Shown in pieces: positions 1 to 11,462 of a stretch of DNA of 64,000 nucleotides. The DNA lies in assembly GCF_009914755.1 (NCBI RefSeq), contig NC_060942.1, one strand, 5' to 3'. Both the position numbers and the translations under genes were made by a program. The stretch is from the human T2T-CHM13v2.0 reference genome, Homo sapiens. The first letter of the stretch is position 1. Each line of letters starts with the position of its first letter. The notes below the pieces were generated by a model, which saw only the letters and a list, made by a program, of their open reading frames with translations, had not been told where the DNA came from and made no database searches.

Positions 1-196
1 GCGGTGTCCACCCTGAGAATTGCAGCACTTGTAGAAGGTGATCATCAGCTCGTCTGCAGAGCAAGTCTGAAGCTGCATGAAGTAAGCACGAGGATGTTTG
101 CATTTGAGACATGGCTCTAGCAATCAGAAAAATAAAGAAGTGACCCACATTAAAAAAAAATATTGCTCATGACTGTTAAAAGTAGGTATTACTATC

Positions 197-306
197 TTTT
201 CTTTTTTTTTTTGAGACGGAATCTCCCATTGTTGCCTGGGCTGGAGAGCAGTGGCGCACTCTCAGCTCACTGCAACCACCACCTCCCAGGTTCAAGCAAT
301 TCTCCT
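197..306 (-). mobile_element. Truncated Alu (3' part of right arm), cut off at a telomeric tract
   Basis: poly-T, then GAGACGGAATCTC...GGCTGGAGAGCAGTGGCGCACTCTCAGCTCACTGCAACC...TTCAAGCAATTCTCCT, ending abruptly. Confidence 0.9.
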
Positions 307-481
307 AACCCAAACCCTAGCCCTAACACTACACAAACCCAAACCTGAACCCTAACCCTAAACCCTAACACTAACCCCTAAAGCTAACCCTAACCCTAAC
401 CCCTAAAACTAACCCTAACCCTAAACCCTAACCCCTAAAACTAACCTTAACCCTAACCCCAACCCTAACCCTAACCCTAAC
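305..481 (+). repeat. Interstitial degenerate telomeric repeat (CCCTAA)n, tract 1
   Basis: runs of ccctaa/cctaac with variants. Confidence 0.95.
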
Positions 482-522
482 TTCTTAATCAACCGTATTG
501 ACTAATGAAGTAAACATGAGTA

Positions 523-838
<316 letters not shown>

Positions 839-2079
839 TTAAACCTGAAATTTTTTGCAACTGGTATATGTGTGATATACACACACATACACACACACAG
901 GGCTGGAGAATATAGTAAGATAATATTCTGTCCAGTAAACTCTTATGAAATTTCAATGATCAATTGTGCCCTCTGCCTTTCATTCTGTGTTGAGCTTTTA
1001 TTTTTCTTTACTGATTATCCCAAATATGGACTCTGCTTTTATGTATCTATTTCCTTGATTTATAAATTAAGGGTGATTCTCACATATGATCTACCAAACA
1101 TTTTTTTTTTGGTCTAAAAAAATCACGTCAGAACATTTGTGTTGTTAGACATCATAACCGCTGTGACTTGAAGGATCTAGGTAGACAGAATCTTAAGAGT
1201 ATTTGATAAGAGGGTGTTGGATGTGCATAGAGTTCCCAAGACCCCCGAGAGCCTGCTGTGTCCCTGCAGGTGGAGGCCGCAACGCAGGCAGCTGGGCTGG
1301 GCTGGGCGGGTGGGCAGCAGGTGGGAGCGCTCAGGGACTGGGGGCCAGGTCAGTTGTGCAACCCCTGTTCTGAGGCCAGTGGGAAACCATCGTTAAAGTT
1401 AAATAAGAAGAGTGATGGGATGAGACTTGTTTGTAAAGGAGAGTTTTGTCACAATCACCCTGAGGTCTCTGTGGGGTGTGGGTGGGTCTGTGCTCCTCCG
1501 GGGAACTCGCTGTGCGGAGCACTGCCGGAGGCTGCGAGTTCCCACCTGGAGTGCGGCGTCTGCATCTGCCCAGGGGGAACCGCTGTGCAGACCCAGGCTG
1601 GGGGCAGCTCTGCTCTTCAACTCTGCGAAGGCTCCAGAAAAGGAAAACTGGACCCAGATGGAAAGAGACATTTTCCACCCAGCCGGGGTGGCTGCGAAGT
1701 GAAACGGGCCTGCGGACACGACCCTCAGGTAGAAACGTGGCCTCCTGCGCTGGGGTCACCTGGCGCTTACCTGGGAGGGGTCCCTGTTTTGGGTGAAAAA
1801 CACTGGGGTGTTTTCTGTGAGATGCAGATCTGGCTCAGCAACAACCGCTGAGGAATCTGAGAGAAAAGAGAAAGAAAACTCCACACTACCGTTGCAAGTT
1901 TCCTGAAAGTATGGAATTATTGGGAAGTAAGCTACTTTTTAAAACAACTGTGTCAATTCCACGCCCGTGAAGCAGATACGACAACAAGCTCCACTGTGGA
2001 GGCCAAGCCCGAGGCAGCTCCAGCTCAGCAGCAGCTGTGAGCAGCTGGAGGCTACGTTAGTTTTGATTATGTCAGTGTT

Positions 2080-2520
2080 GATTATTGTGAGCGGGGACTG
2101 CGGGGCCGTGTGGGGAGCACGGGGTTTCATATTAACATTTTTGTATTGAGGCAGCGCATTAGCATTACAGGTGTTTGTTACCTGAGCACTGCGAGTGTCA
2201 CATTCGTATTTCGGGAGGCATATCTGCATTAGGAACGCTCCATTTGTGTTCCAAGGCCGCGGTGTAGACCTCGCACTGCGCCCGCCTCGCCTTGGGTGGG
2301 GAGAACCTCAGTGCTCAGGATTCGGAGGGGCTTTTGGTTTCCAGTTTCCCACACCGACCCCGCTTACTGGTCTCTAACCCTCAGTAGTCAGGGCTGCAAA
2401 CAGGAAGGATTTTACTCACCATGGCCTCGAGTTGTCCCAAAGCGAGGCGGTGCCCCCCGGGTCTGTGCCGAGGAGGACGCGGGCTTCACCCTCGCTTCGG
2501 CCCGGTGTGGACGCCCTGCT
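2080..2520. repeat. TAR1-like telomere-associated repeat, with a 37-bp-repeat-like remnant near 2445-2495
   Basis: gcggtgccccccgggtctgtgccgaggaggacgc resembles the subtelomeric 37-bp unit and directly precedes the 61-bp array. Confidence 0.6.
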
Positions 2521-3341
2521 GGCGGCCGGGGGCACTGCAGGGCCCTCTTGCTCACGGTGTCATGGCCTTGCGCCCCCTGCTGGCGGCCTGGGCACTGCAG
2601 GGCCCTCTTGCTCACGGTGTCATGGCCTTGCGCCCCCTGCTGGCGGCCTGGGCACTGCAGGGCCCTCTTGCTCACGGTGTCATGGCCTTGCGCCCCCTGC
2701 TGGCGGCCGGGGGCACTGCAGGGCCCTCTTGCTCACGGTGTCATGGCCTTGCGCCCCCTGCTGGCGGCCTGGGCACTGCAGGGCCCTCTTGCTCACGGTG
2801 TCATGGCCTTGCGCCCCCTGCTGGCGGCCAGGGCACTGCAGGGCCCTCTTGCTCACGGTGTCATGGCCTTGCGCCCCCTGCTGGCGGCCGGGGGCACTGC
2901 AGGGCCCTCTTGCTCACGGTGTCATGGCCTTGCGCCCCCTGCTGGCGGCCAGGGCACTGCAGGGCCCTCTTGCTCACGGTGTCATGGCCTTGCGCCCCCT
3001 GCTGGCGGCCGGGGGCACTGCAGGGCCCTCTTGCTCACGGTGTCATGGCCTTGCGCCCCCTGCTGGCGGCCGGGGGCACTGCAGGGCCCTCTTGCTCACG
3101 GTGTCATGGCCTTGCGCCCCCTGCTGGCGGCCGGGGGCACTTCAGGGCCCTCTTGTTCACGGTGTCATGGCCTTGCGCCCCCTGCTGGCGGCCGGGGGCA
3201 CTGCAGGGCCCTCTTGCTCACGGTGTCATGGCCTTGCGCCCCCTGCTGGCGGCCAGGGCACTGCAGGGCCCTCTTGCTCCCAGTGTAGTGGCGGCACGCA
3301 CCCTGCTGGCGGCTGGAGACACTGCAGGGCCCTCTTGCTGC
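2512..3341. repeat. Subtelomeric 60/61-bp GC-rich VNTR (TAR1/TERRA-promoter-type 61-bp repeat), 12 near-perfect units plus degenerate flanks
   Basis: unit gcactgcagggccctcttgctcacggtgtcatggccttgcgccccctgctggcggcc(gg/t/a)gg repeated in tandem. Confidence 0.95.
2570..3267 (-). promoter_or_regulatory. Array of 12 co-oriented consensus CTCF motifs
   Basis: each unit reads CCAGCAGGGGGCGC on the minus strand. Confidence 0.85.
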
Positions 3342-3371
3342 CACAGCCACCTGGCATTGAACAGCGACAGT

Positions 3372-3515
3372 GTGGCCAGCACTGTGCTAAGCTCATCTCG
3401 GTCATTCTCTCACCACATCCTCCAACGAGCCCGTGAGGCCCAGAGAGGTTAGGCGAGTTGCCAGTGGTCACACAGCCGATAGCGGCCAGGCTGGAACTTG
3501 GACTCAGGCTCCCAA
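3372..3515. mobile_element. MIR fragment
   Basis: gaggcccagagaggttaggcgagttgccagtggtcacacagc resembles the MIR core. Confidence 0.7.
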
Positions 3516-3789
3516 GTCTCACCCACCAGCATGTGCTGCCTCTGAAGAGTTTGGGATTCCCCTTCAGGGCAACTGGGAGCCACGAGGGATTTTTAAGGGG
3601 GGTGGGTAGCACGGTCTCAGTGCCCTAAATCCCCAAGTCACGTTCGTGGAGAACCCGCTGCGTCCACCTGGGAGACGTGGCTGGTCTGTTTTCAGGGTCT
3701 GACCCTGCTGGCCTCTTCCTACACCACTTAAAGTTGGAGTGCAGGTTGTTCAGCACTATCAATTCTGCAAATTCAAACTGAAATGGAGC

Positions 3790-4380
3790 TAATACTGGGG
3801 AGACCTGATGTCCCAGTTCTTGTCTAACTTGAAAGAAAGATTCTCACCAAGAGGCAGTACAAAGATGGCAGATAACTTCATTGAAAAGAAATATAGTGTA
3901 AAGAGCTTATTGTAGAAAAAATAAGTATGCCTCAAGGGAGAAGTGGGGCTGATCTGCAGGAACACAGCCCCAGGGTCCTGAGCAGGGAGTTTTATGTTGG
4001 ACTTCTTCACATTCCTCAAGTCTCCACCTCTTTTCTTTGTCTGGTTTTCCTGCTCCTTCCTTAGATCCCTGACTTGCCCCGCCTAGGCTTGTGGGACCCC
4101 CTCACTGTTGGCTGACACATATGTGCAGTGATCAGTGTGATTCCACTGCTGGGGCTGGGCTCCTTCCTGCCACTCCAGGAAGGTCCTACAGTGGTCATGT
4201 CTGTACCTACTGTGCCTGCCTATCTCTTTCGAATGTCCTTCTCTGCCCTAATCTGTACTTATGGTGCCAGGTTTCTCTTAAGAATGTCCCCTTTGTCCTT
4301 ATCAGCATGTAGCTAGCAATATCCTAACATTTTAACAGCAGAGTGAATGATTATTGGGGCATCTTAAGAGGAGCTCTGTG
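3790..4380 (-). mobile_element. Probable ERV LTR, family uncertain
   Basis: LTR-like composition and motifs; no coding signal. Confidence 0.4.
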
Positions 4381-4409
4381 CCCCAAACTCACACAGCCTC
4401 CCAGAACCT

Positions 4410-4585
4410 CCTCTACCCAACCCCAACCCTAACCCACCACTGTAATCTTAACCAATCCTAACCCTGATCCCCAGGGAAGTTGAATCTGCCTCCTCCTGCC
4501 AAGTGCCTCCCTTGATCCTCACCACACTCTCAAAACCTGATCCCTAACCCTAACCCGAACCCTAACCCGAACCCTAACCCTAAGC
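4410..4585 (+). repeat. Degenerate telomeric tract 2
   Basis: ccctaaccctaacccgaaccctaacccgaaccctaaccctaag at 4542-4584, with weaker copies upstream. Confidence 0.85.
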
Positions 4586-4724
4586 TCAAATTTAGTTGAG
4601 CTTCTATGGAATTATGTCTATGTAGCTAGGCATGAAGTTGATGATTTTTAAAAAATCTATGCCTTATTTGTGTAATAAAATACACAATAAATAATTAATG
4701 CTCATAGGAAAACATGTTAGACCT

Positions 4725-5180
4725 TGTGAAGGGAAAATAAATCTTGGGGACCCAAAATCGCTAAGCTAAAGGGAAAAGTCAAGCTGGGAACTGCTTAGGG
4801 CAAATCTGCCTCCCATTCTATCCAAAGTCACACATCTGCTCACGGAGATAAATGCATAGCTGATTGCCTCATTTGGAGAGGGTAATCAGCAAAGCAAAAG
4901 AATGAAACCATTTGTCTCTTACCTACCTATGATCTGGAAGCCCCCTATCTGGCCTTCTCACCTTTCTGGACTGAACTAATGTACACCTTACATATATTGA
5001 TTGATGTCTCATGTCTCCCTAAAGTGTATAAAGTGTATAAAACCAAGCTGTGCCTCGACCACCTTGGGCCCATGTTGTCAGGACCTCCTGAGGAGGCATC
5101 ACGGGGGCTCCACTGCAAACTTGGCAAAATAAACTTTCTAAAAAATCTGAGAGCTGTCTCAGATTTTCAGGGCTCATACA
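4725..5180 (+). mobile_element. MER4A-like ERV1 solo LTR
   Basis: TG...CA termini; tgtgaagggaaaataaatcttgggg start; aaccaagctgtgcc...caccttggg...tcaggacctcctgagg; aataaactttctaaa. Confidence 0.85.
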
Positions 5181-5867
5181 TGTAATGTAGTATGTCAATG
5201 TTTATAAAACAGACATTATTCTGTCTACTATTACAACTATGCTGCAATTAACCTTAGACTTTCCCAACAAAATAAAAAATGATGAGGTACAAACAATATA
5301 TTTAAACTTAAATAATGGTGCAAGTTTTAATATGCCTACTTTTCAATTTTTCAATACTATTTTTACTACTTTAACACTGTAAGAAAAATGAGCAATTAAA
5401 ACATGAATAAAAGTGTTTACAGGGGGTGCACGTGTTTCCTCCAGCCTCTGCCCATCCCCAGCTTTCATCCCAACTGTCCTGATGGTGGCTCTAAGCATTT
5501 CCCCTGTCTCTATACCAAGATCTCTTCCCAGAAACAAGCCCAAATCTTACCATATGTTATGGCACGCTATGGTGATGAGCTGCGATGAGCAGCCGAAGCC
5601 TCAAGGAAGGGATGCTTTTGTAAAACAAGACTTGTAGAATAAAACGTGTGAAAGTAAAGCCCATGGCAGAGTTCCCTCCTCAGCACACGGGGAGCAGACA
5701 GGAAGCTTTTGCCTCACCTTCCTCAATGGCCTGCAGCCACGTCTCCCAGGTCAGTCTTAAGGACAACGAAACTCTGGTCTTCACTGTGGACACGCCACAC
5801 TACCAGGTGCTCCAAAGCCATGGTGACCCATCCTCGGGTGGGTCCTGACGAGAACAAAGCTCTGGTT

Positions 5868-6052
5868 CTAATTCTAACCCTAACCCTGTCCCAAGACTTT
5901 GACCCTGAACCTAAACCCTGATCCCTACCCTGGTCCCTAATTCTGACCCTTACTTTGACCCTGACTTTGATCTCGACCCTGACCATGACCCCACCTCTAA
6001 CCATACTTCTGGCCCTGACTCTGACCCAGATCCTAATCCTATCCCTAACCCT
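5868..6052 (+). repeat. Highly degenerate telomeric tract 3
   Basis: 6-bp periodic ccctaa/ccctga/ctctga variants. Confidence 0.85.
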
Positions 6053-9000
6053 ATTATTATCTTTACAATCTATGTCTAATCTTACTGTCTAGTGCTAAAT
6101 AGCTGTACCCAAAAGCACTTTTAAATCCTTTAACTTCTTTTCCTTGAATTCTCTAAGGACATCTTAAAGGAGATGTCATTATGTATTTTGCATTCCCTCT
6201 GAGTGGTATGGCTTCACATATGAAGTTCTAATACTTTGCAAGACATAAAATGTTTGGAGGGTAACAGCACTGGGTTGTTAGGGATGTATGTTGGCATTCA
6301 TGATAGTCATTGGTGCTGTTCTCCAAATATTTTCAGTCCATTTTTTTATGAATGCATTCTGACTGTTCCATCCCACCTACTTAAATTTTTCCATGGCCAC
6401 ATGACTTTTCTATTTTTATTTTTATTTTATTTTTTGCTAATGGAGGTGAGAAGAAATAACATGTGACTTTTTCAGGAGAAATCTCCAAGAAACAGAGTTC
6501 TACTCTGCATGCTTTTTTCTCTTTTCTATAGCAATGGGGATCTTATTGATGATCCCTCCTTCCATCTGGATTCCTGTGTTAGGATGACACAGCACAGAGA
6601 TATCTCTCACCTGACCCGTGATGAGATGTAAATAAATGAGGAAGAAGATTTTTGAGCCACTGAAATTTGGAGGTTGTTTGTCACCACAGTTTAACCTAGC
6701 CCCCATTGACTGATGCATGGCTGAAGAATGAGTCTCAACTGGATCTGGACAAGATATGTGAAGAGCACGCCAGGCTGAGTAAAATTCAAGTGTTGTCTCA
6801 AAGATAACAGTGAGCACAATATGTTATTGGGGTGTGTGTGGGATAAATAAGGTATATCAGGTGAGAATAATAAGAAACTCAACTTTAAAAGACGGTGCTG
6901 ATTTGGACTGTGGAGAGATTCAAATGTCCTGCTTAGCATTTGAGATTGTGATGGATGAACAAACTAATTAAGAGCCCAAATTGAAAGTTTGGGATAAATA
7001 TCTGAGTGTGTCTAATATCCCAATTTTTCATCCTAGAATGGGCAGAGTCCTTGACCCCATTCTAGGGAGACGTCCAAAAGAAAAAAGACCTGCATTTCTT
7101 CAGCAACCCACACTGAGAGACTTTCCTGTACTTTTGACCTGTGGCTAACACTCCTCACCTTTCATTCTGTCATCAGTGTTTTGGGGAAGCACCTTTATCT
7201 CTCTGATTTACAGGCTATTAAGTGGCCCTTACAATTCCCTCCAGAGATGGAAAAGACATGATGATGGTGTCTGAGCTCACAGCAGCAAGCAGGCACGTGT
7301 GCTCAGAAGCCACATGGCTCATCTGCTAGGAGCTTGCTAAATACGATGTTCTACAACATTGCCTAACACAAGGGGAGACGCTCCTGACTCACAGTGTTTA
7401 ATTGCTCATCTACTTCATTTTCTGCCCTCTTGGGCTTATAAAATGAAAAGAACCCTGGGGTGATACAGTGAATCAAAGGGGTGCCAGCCGCATCACAGCA
7501 AAATAGATTCCTAAAAAATCCCTGGCCTAAGATGACAGCCTTGGCTGGATACGTTTGAATGTGCTCATAGTGGATATGGTAGAATGAAGGTGGTTGAAAT
7601 GTTCATATTAAAGAACTTCCACCCAGATTGCAAAAAAAGAGAGAGGAATGGAGATGGCAGCACGAGTCCCTACATAAAAGCAGATGTTTTGAGATCAGTT
7701 ATATTTCTTCTGACAAAAATTGAAGACAGAAACGAAAGTTTAGCCTGAGACTACAATTAATTGGGCAATAAGCCAGAGGCACATATGGCATAGACAGATT
7801 TAAACATTTCTCCCTTATATTAATACAAATACTAAAATTACAAATACTTTGATTCCAAATAAAACAAATATTTAAAAAATTTAATGAATAAATACTGGGG
7901 TCTACAGTAGTATTTGAAGGAGATCTCACAAACAGGTTTGGTTTTTGAAGGTTAGAACTAGTGGTCTGGAGAATTCATTTCATTCCGAGACAGAAAGAGA
8001 GGAATTTCTTGGGTTCCTTCAGGAATGCGTCTAGTTTTGCCTCATCTTTGTTTGAACTATAGATACAGCAGAAGAAAACGTGAGGATTTCACAGATTTAA
8101 GGTGCAAAAAGTCACTGGGTTCTCTAAGAAGTCTGGGATTCTTCTGCTGGAAAAATAAGTTTGTTGAGAAAAAATGAGTTGGAGGAGGCTGTTATTGAAG
8201 TGAAGCAGAATTGTTTTTACTAATCTGCTTATTACCCACTCTGTAATGTGGAAACAAATTATTCACTCACAAGGTCCTCTTACTGTTCCCAGAATGCAGT
8301 GGAAAGAGAACAGATTAGTTTTCCTCCCTCAGAACACAACCCCTAGAAACATCCTACCTCAGATGAGATATTGCCTAATTATTTTCAAAAGACAGTGAAA
8401 AATCTTGGAAGTAAATGTTTGCTGCAAAATAAATACATGCTAGAAACAGAAGCATCTGGGACACAGCTATATTAGAGCTACCTGTGTTCCCCTGTCACTG
8501 AGATTAAAACAAAAATGTCCAATACAATCATTCACAGCATGGGAAAGGGGAAGTTGAAGGATGGAAAGGCCAGGCATAAAAGGATTTCAGAATTTGCGTC
8601 CATAAGGAAGTGGATTTGTGCATTGTCTGTTACTGCGTGCAAGGTGAAGTTTGGAGAATGAAAACGTGCAGTAACAAGGGCTCCTTTGTCCATCTCACCT
8701 CTCCAGATACCACGTTTCAGACATGTTGCATTTCACTTGAAAGGTTGATATAATTCTTTTAAAAGAACACTTGCGGTGTTTGAAGCGACAAAGGCTGCTG
8801 TGACAAAAAAGCAGTGAAAGGGAATTTTTTTTAAAAAAAGCAAACAACAACAACAAAAACCCCACAGAAAAGCAAACAACAAACAAACAAAAAACAGAGG
8901 AAGAAGTCAAACACCCTGGGCTATGACTACTTCAAGGAAGGGGCTACAAGAGGCAGTTGGAAATTCCATTTGCTTTGCAACTGTGGGTTTTCCAGCCTGC

Positions 9001-9505
9001 TTCCTTTCTAAAGTATATTACTCTGCTTTTGGTTCATGAAATTATCAGTTTCTGTTTTCTGGAACAGCTATGTACTTTCTTTATCTATCATCTATCTATC
9101 TACCTTCCTATCATCTATCTATCTGTTTACTATCTGTCTTTTCTACCTTTTGCTATCAAAAGCTTGGGTCAAGCAGTATAGAATTCCAGTGTATGTTCAC
9201 TCTACCATTTAAAACAAGAACTCTTGTAGGAATTCTCCATCACATCATAAACCTGAGCTTTCTAAAACAAGGTGTGGCAAACTACCATACATGGACTATG
9301 TCTGACACAGTCTGCGTTTGTAAGTAAAGTTGTAATGGGACACAGCCACATACATATGTTATATAACGTCTCTGGCTACTTTCATGGTATAATGGAAGAG
9401 CTGAGTCATTGAGAGAGAGACCATATGGCTTGGAAAATTTAAAATATTTAACATTTAGCCCTTTGCAGAAAATATTTGCTGACTCTTGTTTTAAAAGATC
9501 TCTGT

Positions 9506-9927
<422 letters not shown>

Positions 9928-10982
9928 TTATTTTCCTCCTGGACATGCTGATGGATTGTCAGCTTCCCAGATGTGTGAGAGTCTCTCCTGCCTTCCTAAC
10001 ATTCTCATGCTCTCCCTCTGCCTCTCAAGAACTTCCTGCCCCATCTCTCATGACAAATCCCTTCTTCATTCTTTAAGATGAAGCCCCTTTGCTCCTTCCT
10101 TAAGGATGTCTGTCTGGCTTCATTTTGGGGGACGTGCTCCTTCTGCATCTCCCAGAGCCAGCCTGTGTGTGTCAGCTACAACATTTCTTTGCATCTCTGT
10201 GTCATATATCACCAAATCTGCCTAAGCTTGAGTGAGTCACTACATGACAATTTCAGACTCCAGAAGCAATGTCCCCACTAACCACGAGGCTTAGACATTT
10301 GTCCAGTATGCTCGGGGTTGTGGGGTGGTAGCAGTAACCAGCTGGTGAGCATCATTTCTTACATCAGAATCAAATCTGTAGATCTCTGCGATTCATAAGT
10401 ATTTGGAGTTTAAAATTAGCATAAAGATTTTCCTTAAAATAAGAACAAATGGCTTGAGTAGGCTTTTGGAACGTAGGATGTTTCCATTGGTTCATTTCTG
10501 TGTTCAGTATTCCCACATGAATCTAAACACTACTCTGCTCTTAGTAGCTGTGTGACCCTGGGAAAGTCACTCAATCTCCCTCAGCTAAATTTTGTTGTGT
10601 GTGTAATGAGAAGAGAGTTGTGATTTGTATTTAGTGAATAATAACAAACAAAAAGCATTTAGCTTTCTGGAACCTGGTATGTAGTAGAACCTCATGTAAA
10701 TACTAGCTCTGTTGATAAAACTAGACCAAAAGAAGGTTTCAAGGTCAACAACAGTATGAGGCAGTGAAGAACATAGAGGAGAAGCTGCTTCTGCAGCCTG
10801 TAGCTCCTGGGGACCCGTTTTGTCCATGATTTAGCAGGAACACACTACCTTTCCATGAGGAGAAACTGTCCACAGAAACCAAGGCCATTCTTTGAAGACA
10901 AACATGTCTTAATAGCCTTTACATTAAGTAATAGTGTAATATAAATAATAATTATTAGTAATAATGTGAAATTATTTACACT

Positions 10983-11128
10983 ACCCTAACCCTAAACCTA
11001 ACCCCAATCCTAACCCTAACCCTAACCCTAAACCTAACCCTAACCCTAACCCTAATCCTAACCCCAATCCTAACCCTAACCCAACCCTAAACCTAACCCT
11101 AACCCTAACCCTAAACCTAACCCCAATC

Positions 11129-11165
<37 letters not shown>

Positions 11166-11460
11166 GTAACCCATAACCCTAACCCTAAACCTAACCCAGC
11201 CCTAACACCTAACCCTAACCCCTAACCCTAACCCGTAACCCTAACCCTAACTCTTAACCTGAACCCGAACCCGAATCCAAACTTGAACCTGAACCCTAAG
11301 CCTTACCCTAAGCCTAAGCCTAACCCCTAACCCTAACCCTAACCCTAAACCTAATGCTCACCCTAACCCTAACCCTCACCCTCACCCTGACCCTCACCCT
11401 CACCCTGACCCTCACCCTGACCCTCACCCTGACCCTCACCCTAACCCTAACCCTCACCCT
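10983..11460 (+). repeat. Interstitial telomeric tract 4 (about 480 bp) with CCCGAA, CCCTCA and CCCTGA variants at the right end
   Basis: direct reading of hexamer repeats. Confidence 0.98.
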
Positions 11461-11462
11461 CG

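Noticed and set aside
2296-3452. 330-343 aa ORFs in all three + frames
   Set aside because: Artefact of a stop-free GC-rich VNTR; the same peptides cycle between frames.
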